From a virus (lineage: Duplodnaviria; Caudoviricetes), in the IMG/VR virus record IMGVR_UViG_3300010158_000080, positions 1 through 57,295 of that record: a stretch of DNA of 57,295 nt. The stretch is one strand, 5' to 3'. The first letter of the stretch is position 1. Each line of letters starts with the position of its first letter. A program made the position numbers and the translations under genes. Of this stretch, positions 9,425 through 17,120 are shown piece by piece. The notes below the pieces were generated by a model. That model ran no database searches. It was given only the letters and a program-made list of their open reading frames with translations, and was not told the origin of the DNA.

Positions 9425-9948
9425 TTGCCCTTTGACCTCTCTGTGCGCTCAATGATGAAAGTGACGGGCACGTTCAGGTCCGCGCCGTCCTTGAACATGC
9501 CTTGCAGCTTGCCCAGCTCGACCAAAGCCTGCCTCTTGTCCGACAGTTTCAGCTTCACCCGGCGCGTGGGCGTGGCGTCGTCGCCCTTGCCTGAAACAGT
9601 CGTCTCGACCAGCAACTCCGAAATGGCCGCAGATTCCTCACTCGTCACATCATCTAGGCTGCCGCTCTCCATGAGTTTGGAGTAATCCTTGAGCCTCGCA
9701 AAGCCGAGTAGAGCCAGTTCTCGCGTGATCCGATCATTGGTGACAGCGTATTTGTCGTGGATGGGTTTCCCCAATTCAGCTATGCGTTTTTTTACGCCAT
9801 CATTCTCCATCAGCCTATGCGCGTTTGCTTCCAATGATCTTTGGGCGCATTCATAGCCAGCGAGGCGATAGGCTTCCACCTGCGATTTACCGCTTATGAT
9901 CTCTCTACAGAAGCGCTCGTGGCGTATGTTGGCGAGGGGGCCAGCCAT
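9421..9948 (-). CDS. terS: Terminase small subunit
   Basis: RHERFCRE...AYRLAGY...AHRLM...VKKRIAEL...RITRELALLGF...KLKLSDKRQALVELGKLQGMF. Confidence 0.88.
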   Translation of the reverse strand: MAGPLANIRHERFCREIISGKSQVEAYRLAGYECAQRSLEANAHRLMENDGVKKRIAELGKPIHDKYAVTNDRITRELALLGFARLKDYSKLMESGSLDDVTSEESAAISELLVETTVSGKGDDATPTRRVKLKLSDKRQALVELGKLQGMFKDGADLNVPVTFIIERTERSKGK

Positions 9949-10187
9949 TACCCTGCCTCTCCAATAATCCTTGTGTGGTCGCCCATGATCCGACCAGGCT
10001 TACCATCCTTGGCACCGGGGCCGATGCGAAGGGATGATCTTGCGCCTACCTTGTAGCAGCGGCGCTTGACCTGTTGAGGATCAACACCGAGGCGGTCTGC
10101 GATCTGACAGCATGATAGACCTGCGCGCTTCATGCCGGCGGCGGTCGCGGTCATCTCATCGGTCCATGTGAGGGTGAAGCGGGTCAT
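9948..10187 (-). CDS. GcrA N-terminal-like HTH protein
   Basis: WTDEM...AGLSCCQIADRLG resembles the GcrA pattern WTDERV...GLSASQIA.LG; lacks the GcrA C-terminal Cys domain. Confidence 0.6.
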   Translation of the reverse strand: MTRFTLTWTDEMTATAAGMKRAGLSCCQIADRLGVDPQQVKRRCYKVGARSSLRIGPGAKDGKPGRIMGDHTRIIGEAG

Positions 10188-11020
10188 TTCATTTCACCAT
10201 TCAGATATGGGTCATCGGGGTGATTCATGCTCCCCATTAAATCATGGGATAATGCGAGCCTGTACTCGCGAGATTGCGCGGCGCGTTCGGCTGCTAATTG
10301 GGTTGCATCCTTTTCCAGCCATAGCCTCGGCGGGAGGGGAAATGGTGGCTGATATATGGGCAAAGGATCACCAGCCGCATTCACCTTTACCCATGCTGCA
10401 TCTCGCTCTTCTTTTTCCCTAATGTGTTTGGGCTTCCAGTCTCTCTTGGGGATTGGCTTGGGTAGTTCAACGCCCATCGCATCGCGTGATGCCCTGTCGA
10501 AATTCACGGATGCAGCCTTCATCTTGCGCAAAGCCTTGTAATGTATTTGCCGAATACGCTCTCGGGAGCAACCATCGGGATCGGCATCTTCATAAATGCC
10601 ACCTTCCATCATGTGTTCGGTGATAGCCCGCTCTCTTGGCGTCAAAGTGGCCAGCAATCTCTGGACTTCAATTTTCGCCCAAGCCGACTCCTCCATGTCA
10701 TCGCCAGCCATCAAAGATATGACGGAAGCCTCATCCATATAGGTTTCCATAGAATTGGCCGGTAGCGCCATTGTCTTTTGCGCATCGGTGAACAAATCTT
10801 CTGGGTCACACCTCAACGCAGCGGCGATATTTTCCACGCCGTGGGACCATTGCCCATTGGTTCTCTCTGGTGCGCGCCGCAACGCCACAATACTATTCAG
10901 TGTGGTGGCGCTGACACCAGCTTTGGCCGCAAGCTCTACCTGCGATTTGATTCCAAGCTCTCTCATCCGGCGAAGGATGCGGCCATTGCGAATTGTCACC
11001 TTGACTGCATAATCGCTCAT
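10184..11020 (-). CDS. XRE-HTH plus sigma70 region-4 fusion transcription regulator
   Basis: N-terminal SQVELAAKAGVSATTLNSI...IAAALRCDPEDLF; later LTPRERAI...SRERIRQIHYKALRKMK resembles RpoD region 4.2. Start ATG 11020 overlaps the upstream stop (ATGA). Confidence 0.75.
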   Translation of the reverse strand: MSDYAVKVTIRNGRILRRMRELGIKSQVELAAKAGVSATTLNSIVALRRAPERTNGQWSHGVENIAAALRCDPEDLFTDAQKTMALPANSMETYMDEASVISLMAGDDMEESAWAKIEVQRLLATLTPRERAITEHMMEGGIYEDADPDGCSRERIRQIHYKALRKMKAASVNFDRASRDAMGVELPKPIPKRDWKPKHIREKEERDAAWVKVNAAGDPLPIYQPPFPLPPRLWLEKDATQLAAERAAQSREYRLALSHDLMGSMNHPDDPYLNGEMK

Positions 11021-11328
11021 TGCTTGCGGCTCACTTCGATCAGAGTAAGCAACGGCTGCATTGCCAGCGAATAGGTGCCATCGCCGTTGTCGCGCTCCGT
11101 CCAAGGTGGGCTGCGCAATGCGTCGTCCCAGCTTCCCGCTTCGCTCTCGTCATCAATGGCGGGCGGGATCAGCGGCTTTACACCTGCCGCCATGTCAGCG
11201 ACACTCGTGCGTTCCAATGTGATGGGCGGTTCGATCGGTGGATCAGCCTTGGCAATGGCATAGACCACGGCCAGAAAAATGCCTGCGCTGAAAACATCCG
11301 CGATGTGTGTAAGGGTGGTAGTGTCCAT
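11017..11328 (-). CDS. Hypothetical membrane protein
   Basis: One N-terminal TM segment; first gene of the leftward packaging transcript. Confidence 0.6.
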   Translation of the reverse strand: MDTTTLTHIADVFSAGIFLAVVYAIAKADPPIEPPITLERTSVADMAAGVKPLIPPAIDDESEAGSWDDALRSPPWTERDNGDGTYSLAMQPLLTLIEVSRKQ

Positions 11329-11468
11329 GCTCTGCTCGTTCCTATGCAGCCTTGTCTATACCATGCGATGATAGCGAGTAAAATAGGGTATTGCAAGCCC
11401 ATATAGTTTCGTGTACTGCGTAAGTCGTCAGCGGAATAATCCCGCGATAAACCGCCAAGGAGTTCGTT
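11329..11468. promoter_or_regulatory. Divergent promoter region
   Basis: AT-richer intergenic gap between divergent operons; rightward TTGCAA at 11391 and an AAGGAG RBS before ATG 11469. Confidence 0.55.
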
Positions 11469-11786
11469 ATGCCTATCACCCTTGCACAATTTGAAGCAAT
11501 CGACGGCTTGCGCAGCCGTTTGATCGCCGATCCGTTTGAGACTTGCACCGATCCTCGCGCTTGGATCAAGGCCAGCAACCGCCTTCTTGATTATTGCATT
11601 GATGCGATGGGCGCTGCTTATGTCGATGCTTTCCCAAGCGCCGAATATGCGGCTTCAGCCATTATCACCGAAAGCCTTTTGAGCGCCGATTTTGTCATCG
11701 ACGAAACCGAGTGCATGGACGGCGACGAATATTTGGTCTGGGCGACGGCATCAGATGCCGCTCGCGCCTCTGGTTGGGAGGTTTAA
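11469..11786 (+). CDS. Small acidic early protein
   Basis: Strong AAGGAG RBS; 105 aa, D/E-rich. Confidence 0.7.
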   Translation: MPITLAQFEAIDGLRSRLIADPFETCTDPRAWIKASNRLLDYCIDAMGAAYVDAFPSAEYAASAIITESLLSADFVIDETECMDGDEYLVWATASDAARASGWEV

Positions 11787-11789
11787 GCC

Positions 11790-11987
11790 ATGAGCGATGC
11801 AGCATTTCCGACAGGGGCTTTCCCCAGCATGACGACCAAGGCGCTGTCCCTTGCGATCATGGAAGGGCGCAGCCTTGATCTGCAATTGAAAATGGAAGCC
11901 GAATTGTGGCGCAGGACGCAAGTGGAGGCTGGTGTAGTATCCGCCATGACACCGGGTGAGCGCCTCCGGTTCAATAGGAAAGGATAA
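11790..11987 (+). CDS. Hypothetical early protein
   Basis: GGAGG RBS; directly follows the previous gene. Confidence 0.65.
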   Translation: MSDAAFPTGAFPSMTTKALSLAIMEGRSLDLQLKMEAELWRRTQVEAGVVSAMTPGERLRFNRKG

Positions 11988-11994
11988 CAGGAAG

Positions 11995-12141
11995 ATGAAC
12001 AATCGCGAATATTTGCAAATATGCAAGCGTCAGCCGCTTGAATGGCTTGAAATTGCGGCAAGCGATCCCGGCCCATATATGCGACCAATACATGTCATTC
12101 TTGCTAAAATAGCGATTCGACAGAAGCGGGCCAGTTTCTAG
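11995..12141 (+). CDS. Hypothetical early protein (48 aa)
   Basis: MNNREYLQICKRQPLEWLE...; purine-rich RBS. Confidence 0.55.
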   Translation: MNNREYLQICKRQPLEWLEIAASDPGPYMRPIHVILAKIAIRQKRASF

Positions 12142-12168
12142 GGCGCATTGGCAAACGAAAGGATCAAA

Positions 12169-12606
12169 ATGATGACCACCACACCTTACAGCGACCTTAT
12201 CAAGATCGTGCGACCCTTTGTTGGGGCGAAGCTGAACCCCACGCTCGACAAGGATGGTCGTATCATGCCGCGCAATGTGGCAATCGACATCCTTTGCGAA
12301 TGGGGGCAGCGCATGGACGCTGATGTACGCGAGGTTTCAGAGTCGGGTATCACCTCGTTTTTCTACAGTGGGTGCGATGTGTTTTTCTGGCACCAGATTG
12401 AGGCAATCACCATACGCTCGGTTGATGATCTGGGCGACACCGTCGCGGCTCGGTCCTATTACTCCAGCAACTTGCGCGTCAACGCCACGGTCGCGCCGGT
12501 CGATGGGCCAGAGTTCGACCTTGCAGCCAGTCATCTTGCCAAAATGTCGCGCAAAAGCCGAGCTGCTATCGAAATCTGGTGGCAGGATTTATCGGAAAGA
12601 AATTGA
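12169..12606 (+). CDS. Hypothetical early protein
   Basis: AAGGA RBS before ATG 12169. Confidence 0.65.
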   Translation: MMTTTPYSDLIKIVRPFVGAKLNPTLDKDGRIMPRNVAIDILCEWGQRMDADVREVSESGITSFFYSGCDVFFWHQIEAITIRSVDDLGDTVAARSYYSSNLRVNATVAPVDGPEFDLAASHLAKMSRKSRAAIEIWWQDLSERN

Positions 12607-12608
12607 CC

Positions 12609-12695
12609 ATGCCATTTGAAATGTTTTTCCTCATCTACCTCGCAATCGCCGGCATCATTGTGTGCTGGCCTGATAAGGATGGAAAGCTGCCATAA
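12609..12695 (+). CDS. 28-aa single-TM peptide
   Basis: Hand translation MPFEMFFLIYLAIAGIIVCWPDKDGKLP; starts 2 nt after the previous stop. Confidence 0.45.
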   Translation: MPFEMFFLIYLAIAGIIVCWPDKDGKLP

Positions 12696-12751
12696 GCAAC
12701 ATAAACCCAGACCCGTCTTATGTACATTATGTGCGTGAACGGTTTGGCATA

Positions 12752-12785
12752 AACGGAGGGGCGGCATATGCTGCCCCTTCTCGTT
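12752..12785. other. GC-rich hairpin (terminator or processing site)
   Basis: GGAGGGGCGGCA-TA-TGCTGCCCCTTC inverted repeat in an intergenic gap; no U-tract. Confidence 0.5.
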
Positions 12786-12820
12786 GGCCCTACCACGATC
12801 ATCAAACAATGGAGGCCATA

Positions 12821-12994
12821 ATGGCGCAGGAGGCCACCGCAGCAGCTCGGCGCGCAAGGGCTGATGTAATCCGTGAACGGCGTCGCGCTGCGATCCTAAG
12901 GACCGTCGGCCTATGCAAGATATGCAAAGGCAAGTCGCCCCAATGGAAGGTCGGATCCTGTCCAAACTGCAACAACACCGGCAAGGTGGATTAA
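12821..12994 (+). CDS. Arg-rich protein with C4 zinc finger
   Basis: GGAGG RBS; AARRARADVIRERRRAA then CKICKG...CPNCNNTG. Confidence 0.7.
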   Translation: MAQEATAAARRARADVIRERRRAAILRTVGLCKICKGKSPQWKVGSCPNCNNTGKVD

Positions 12995-13004
12995 GGACTA
13001 GATC

Positions 13005-13382
13005 GTGATGAAACCCGGCAAGCCATTGCAGCGCAAGACACCGTTGCGCGCCAAGTCGCCCATAAAGCGCAGCGCGCCGATCAAAGCCAAGCGCAAACCA
13101 CCTAAACCCAAGGACGAGGCGGCGCACATGGCGCGGCTGGGCGCTATGGGGTGCCTAATCTGCGGCGAGCGGCCCGTCCAGCTTCATCATGCGACCAGCG
13201 CAGGATTTGGCAGGCTTGCGCGCACAGATCGCCGTGTTACGCCTCTCTGCCCATTTCACCATCTTGCCGATCACGGACCACACGACAGCATTCACGGCTT
13301 AGGGCCAGTCAAATTCAATGAGAAGCATGGGATCGACCTATTGGCAGAGGCCGAGCGGCTTTGGGATGAAAGCCAAGCTTAA
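13005..13382 (+). CDS. Ref/DUF968-like HNH nuclease with basic N-terminus
   Basis: K/R/P-rich N-terminus; GCLICG...QLHH...PLCPFHH...IH.LG..KF.EKHG. Confidence 0.75.
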   Translation: MMKPGKPLQRKTPLRAKSPIKRSAPIKAKRKPPKPKDEAAHMARLGAMGCLICGERPVQLHHATSAGFGRLARTDRRVTPLCPFHHLADHGPHDSIHGLGPVKFNEKHGIDLLAEAERLWDESQA

Positions 13383-13384
13383 TC

Positions 13385-13560
13385 GACGCTGGGCAGGGTG
13401 ATGTGGTTAGGTCGGGTGGCGGCTGCTTTCGCGTCAGGTAATTCCGGCTTGCCCGAACCACCACCCTATTCTGCCCGGTTGCAACGTCCCACCGGATAAG
13501 CCAGCAGGCGGGCGGAAACAAAGAACCACAACGTACTTGCGCAGCGGTTGCAGTCATATT
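13385..13560 (-). ncRNA. Candidate structured small RNA
   Basis: Intergenic; long irregular hairpin at 13391-13476, GNRA loops (GCAA, GAAA) on the minus strand, and an upstream TTGCGC-N17-TAAAAC promoter-like element at 13567-13595. Confidence 0.4.
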
Positions 13561-13762
13561 GAGCATGTTTTACCACAACGCGCATATCAGCGCAATGGTT
13601 TTACCCCGGCAGCAAATGGCTGGAATCCGCATTCGTGCCTGTGGTTATGGCCACCGGGGTAAACTGGTGAATAGTGCCGGGGTGTATAACGCCGCCTGCG
13701 TCAACAGGCCCCCGGCTGGCGATCATCCATGCGCGGAAGTGCCGAAGCCGCATGGAGAGGGG

Positions 13763-14026
13763 TTAGACTGGTTTCAGGGCGCGGATGGCTTTAACCGTGG
13801 CGGCAGTCGAAAGATCGCGATTGCTTGTTACCTTAACCACCTTAGCCGCCATTTCCAGCCCCTCGCGATGGCCTAGCAGGCGGTGGCAGGCGATGATCTG
13901 CATACCAGTTAACTTGTCATATTTCCCGTCCCTGACTGCTTGGGCGATGCCTTGTGGCATATTGTTGAATGCTAAATAGGCTTCCCGGTCCGCATCGGTA
14001 ATGGTTACGTTATCCACCAGCCACAT
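13763..14026 (-). CDS. Hypothetical protein
   Basis: Last gene of the leftward accessory operon; start uncertain (14026 or 14017). Confidence 0.6.
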   Translation of the reverse strand: MWLVDNVTITDADREAYLAFNNMPQGIAQAVRDGKYDKLTGMQIIACHRLLGHREGLEMAAKVVKVTSNRDLSTAATVKAIRALKPV

Positions 14027-14279
14027 CCTTCCATGCTTTGATTGCGTCGTCATGGCCGCAGTTGCATTCACCGGCATCATGCCAAGAGCATGTCAGCAAG
14101 TGTTCGCTATGAGCGAATAGTTGATTGCCAGCTTGTTTCAGCCGCTCGATCTCGGCTTGCATGGTGGTGATGAGGGCCACTGTGTCGTCAAACAAAGTCG
14201 CGTCAGCATCCTTGACCGCATCGTTCCAAAGGGGAGCATTATCCCATCGGGCGAGAAGTTCCTTGGCTTCGTCAGTCAT
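14010..14279 (-). CDS. Hypothetical protein with H/C motif
   Basis: MTDEAKELL...HLLTC...ECNCGHD; GGAGGG RBS. Confidence 0.65.
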   Translation of the reverse strand: MTDEAKELLARWDNAPLWNDAVKDADATLFDDTVALITTMQAEIERLKQAGNQLFAHSEHLLTCSWHDAGECNCGHDDAIKAWKDVAGG

Positions 14280-14529
14280 GGCTTTTCCCTCCATGCGCCG
14301 GGTCATTTTCAGTTCCTTTCGTTGCTGCGCGGTAGGCGGTGAGCGCTTTGTACTCATTTTCTGTTAACCACCAGTTTGGAATATCCACTTTTTCCAGAAC
14401 ATCCGCCATCTTGTCAGCAAGTTCGAGGGCTGCGATGGCGGCTTGAAAAGCGTCATGCTCTTCGGCCATACCACTATCGGGCGGTAAGCCATCACGCGCT
14501 GCCTTGATCCGTTCAATCAGTGTGGTCAT
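14272..14529 (-). CDS. Hypothetical protein
   Basis: AAGGA RBS; overlaps the next start. Confidence 0.65.
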   Translation of the reverse strand: MTTLIERIKAARDGLPPDSGMAEEHDAFQAAIAALELADKMADVLEKVDIPNWWLTENEYKALTAYRAATKGTENDPAHGGKSHD

Positions 14530-14531
14530 GT

Positions 14532-14681
14532 TCAATCCTTCAAATGCTGGTGCGCGAGGATGACGCGGCGAATTATAGGAATTGCGTCAAGCTGTTGCCT
14601 TGGTGTGATAGCCTTTGCAGCTTCGCGGGCTACCCACGCTTCCAGATCGGCGCGGCGGGTGAATTTTGGGTCAGAGTTCAT
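14532..14681 (-). CDS. Hypothetical protein (49 aa, below ORF-track cutoff)
   Basis: ATGA-coupled to the 14678 stop: MNSDPKFTRRADLEAWVAREAAKAITPRQQLDAIPIIRRVILAHQHLKD. Confidence 0.5.
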   Translation of the reverse strand: MNSDPKFTRRADLEAWVAREAAKAITPRQQLDAIPIIRRVILAHQHLKD

Positions 14682-14869
14682 AGCTGCCTAGCCTTGGCTC
14701 GCTTCGTCCAAATTTCTAATGTTTTTATGTGATTTTCCCGCTCCCTTTCCAACATCTGGCCAACATCCTGCAATGCCGCGATCAGTTCGATACGGCTCAT
14801 CTCTGAAACAGGACGACCCCGGTAATAGGTGATCGTGTCATATTCCCGTGGGGCTGGTTTCTCGCTCAT
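14678..14869 (-). CDS. Hypothetical protein
   Basis: ATGA-coupled small ORF. Confidence 0.65.
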   Translation of the reverse strand: MSEKPAPREYDTITYYRGRPVSEMSRIELIAALQDVGQMLERERENHIKTLEIWTKRAKARQL

Positions 14870-15075
14870 TCCCCCGCCTCCCCAGCCTTGGCACGGAGGC
14901 AGAACAGATAACCCGCAATAAACTCCTCGCTATCTTCACGCCCAGCGCGAATGTCGTCTGCCCGATCCTCTGCCGATTCCCTCCCAAAGCAATTATCCAG
15001 ATGCGTGATAAAAGCATCGCGGGCCTCATCAAGCCACTCCCCCTCGCACCTATTGGCTAGCTCGGTCAGGGTCAT
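14866..15075 (-). CDS. Hypothetical acidic protein
   Basis: ATGA-coupled small ORF. Confidence 0.65.
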   Translation of the reverse strand: MTLTELANRCEGEWLDEARDAFITHLDNCFGRESAEDRADDIRAGREDSEEFIAGYLFCLRAKAGEAGE

Positions 15076-15305
15076 GGTTTGGGTTCCTTAATTGGGTAAG
15101 GGGTATTGCTCCAACGACGACCATCGAAATGCCAGCATTTTGCGTAGGGCTTACGCCAGCTTACACGCCACCCCCGCCAAAAAAATCCTCCGGCATTTCC
15201 AGCGCGCCACGGCAGATAATAGCCAGTCCAGCTAGGGCAGCGCTCAATGCTGAATATCCGGGCGGGATTGGCCACGAAATAGCGTTTTAGTGTGTCGAGC
15301 ATCAC
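15072..15305 (-). CDS. Hypothetical Trp/Arg-rich protein
   Basis: GAGGTGAGG RBS; coupled to neighbours. Confidence 0.55.
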   Translation of the reverse strand: MMLDTLKRYFVANPARIFSIERCPSWTGYYLPWRAGNAGGFFWRGWRVSWRKPYAKCWHFDGRRWSNTPYPIKEPKP

Positions 15306-15532
15306 CTCACCTCGCTTTGTGTGAGGGCGGCAGTCGCCATACGCCCAATGTTATTAAGCGCGCTGAATGCCGCGACCCTTCCATCTGAAGGGATGGTTTC
15401 ATGGGCTTCTAAGCAAATTCTACGAATGGCATTTCGCAACCGCTCAATCTCATCAGCCTGCGCTGCGACTTGGGCGGCGAGTTCAGTATGATCTTTGATA
15501 TTCAGCGCTTCCACTGCGGTTAGGTTAGTCAT
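15302..15532 (-). CDS. Hypothetical coiled-coil protein
   Basis: ATGA-coupled; QADEIERLRNAI. Confidence 0.65.
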   Translation of the reverse strand: MTNLTAVEALNIKDHTELAAQVAAQADEIERLRNAIRRICLEAHETIPSDGRVAAFSALNNIGRMATAALTQSEVR

Positions 15533-16179
15533 GGGTGGGGTTCCTCCATAGAGTATTTTACCAATTGGATGAGCGTGTCCCTAAATGCCAAAGGCGTTGA
15601 ATTAGCCTCTCGCTTTGAAAGCGTGGGTTTATTCCGAGATTTACCCCGCTTGTCCTGAAATCCTATTTGATGAGAGCCAATTCGCTTTTCCCAATTCAAA
15701 TTAAAGGGTGGACTAGACCCCTTATAAAACAACCATGTTGCCTTGTTGGCGCGATGCCCATAGGCGGACTGCCACACCTCCGTCACCCAACCGCCGGAAC
15801 GTGGAAGCCAAGTTCCGAATACGGGTCTATCAAGGCCGTATTTTTCAAATGCCTTGCTTTTAGCAGGATGTTCTAGGACTCCGCCAAAAGTATTGACTGA
15901 ATGAATCGCCGCTTTAAAACAGCCATCATCATTGCCCGGTCTGTTGTGTTCTCCGCCCCATCGAGCAAAATTCACAGCGGCCAGAGCGCCCCACAACTGG
16001 CATGGCGGATGCGCAACCACAGGGTAGGGGCCATTATATTTTCTGGCATCACGCGCCTCGTCCCAAGGATCGACACCATCAAGCCCAAAATAGCAACCGT
16101 TAGTCTGCACGAAAAGAGCAGCAATCATCACCCTTCCCCCAGATCAGATACCGTTAAGTTAGTCATGGGCGGGGTTCCT
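15519..16179. repeat. 27-bp direct repeats (15519-15545 and 16153-16179) bracketing the C5-MTase gene
   Basis: gttaggttagtcatgggtggggttcct vs gttaagttagtcatgggcggggttcct, 25/27 identical. Confidence 0.8.
15529..16131 (-). CDS. Minimal DNA C5-cytosine methyltransferase-like protein
   Basis: VVAHPPCQ (motif IV Pro-Cys), GVLEHP (motif VI-like), QSAYGH.ANKATW (motif VIII-like); N-terminal SAM motif degenerate. Confidence 0.65.
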   Translation of the reverse strand: MMIAALFVQTNGCYFGLDGVDPWDEARDARKYNGPYPVVAHPPCQLWGALAAVNFARWGGEHNRPGNDDGCFKAAIHSVNTFGGVLEHPAKSKAFEKYGLDRPVFGTWLPRSGGWVTEVWQSAYGHRANKATWLFYKGSSPPFNLNWEKRIGSHQIGFQDKRGKSRNKPTLSKREANSTPLAFRDTLIQLVKYSMEEPHP

Positions 16180-16345
16180 TTGTGTTGGCAAGGGCAATGA
16201 TGTGGTCAACCAGCAAGCGCATGGCAGCCGCAATCACCGCCCTTTGCGCCCTGTCGCAGTTGTGCGGCGCAATCGCCATGGCGAGGTCGCCAACTGCCCG
16301 CAAAAGGTCGGCAGCGCGGTTTTCTACGTCGGTGCGGTCAACCAT
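16163..16345 (-). CDS. Hypothetical protein
   Basis: GGAG RBS; MVDRTDVENRAADLL...KEPRP. Confidence 0.55.
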   Translation of the reverse strand: MVDRTDVENRAADLLRAVGDLAMAIAPHNCDRAQRAVIAAAMRLLVDHIIALANTKEPRP

Positions 16346-17120
16346 GCTCCAAATCCTGTTGATGGATAGCGCAAAGCAAATCGCAGCTTGGCGCAATCGC
16401 ATTGGTGGTTGGCTGGTCGGCGGGAATATCGTCGATGAATGCCCTGATATTGTGGACCTTGCCGTCCGCATCGGTTTCGCGGCCAACTATGGCGAGGCGA
16501 ACGCCAAGCCCCCGCGCAATCGCAGCGGTGCGCGCAAAGCCCTCTGGGAACCATTTGCGGTGGTTCGCCCAATAGCCGGGCGAGGTCGCCTTGCAGCAAC
16601 CAGAGCGAAGGCAGTTGGCGTTGTGGAAGCCCATCGCATAGGTGCGCGGCGGCGCAATGCCCGCACCTTCAATCAATGCGAGGCAGTTGGCCTTGGTAAT
16701 CTTGCGATCAATGAGCGGTGTTACAACTTTCAAGTTTGGATATGTCTCGCGCAACTTATCTGCCCGCGCCCGGTCGCTCTTGTCGTCGGTGTAGCCAAAA
16801 ATGTGAACATCGCTGGGCAACTCGAAGTTCAGGCGAGGCACAAACTTCAATTCGCCAGTGCAGACCGCGCCATTAAGGCCAGACATATAGCCCCGCTTTT
16901 CCCAAACATCCCAAGTGTCCGCGTATTTCTCGGACTTGATGACCGTGACTTTGCTGCCAAACCATCCTTCGCAATCCGCACGAAATCGGGCGTTGTCCTC
17001 ATCCTCTGCACCTGTAGCGCAAGTGACAATCAAGCCGGCATCAATGCCGTGATCTTGAATGTCGAACATGGTTGCAACTGCGCTTGCGGCACCATCGCTG
17101 AACCAGCGCAAACGCCTCAC
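16338..17120 (-). CDS. PAPS-reductase-like (PP-loop adenine nucleotide alpha hydrolase) protein with Cys cluster
   Basis: WFSDGAASA (SGGKDS variant), CTGELK, IFGY, TPLID, GFHNANC...GCCK, C-terminal SCDLLC. Confidence 0.75.
   Translation of the reverse strand: MRRLRWFSDGAASAVATMFDIQDHGIDAGLIVTCATGAEDEDNARFRADCEGWFGSKVTVIKSEKYADTWDVWEKRGYMSGLNGAVCTGELKFVPRLNFELPSDVHIFGYTDDKSDRARADKLRETYPNLKVVTPLIDRKITKANCLALIEGAGIAPPRTYAMGFHNANCLRSGCCKATSPGYWANHRKWFPEGFARTAAIARGLGVRLAIVGRETDADGKVHNIRAFIDDIPADQPTTNAIAPSCDLLCAIHQQDLEHG

Noticed and set aside
13420-13446. Resemblance to SRP domain IV or a hammerhead core (CTGACGCGAAAGCAGCC)
   Set aside because: Lacks the SRP CAGG...GGAA...AGCA symmetric loop and the hammerhead CUGANGA-stem II arrangement.
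13315-13876. ORFs 13315-13566 (-) and 13559-13876 (+) across the structured intergenic region
   Set aside because: No SD, overlap with real genes and non-protein-like composition; RNA structure explains the region better.
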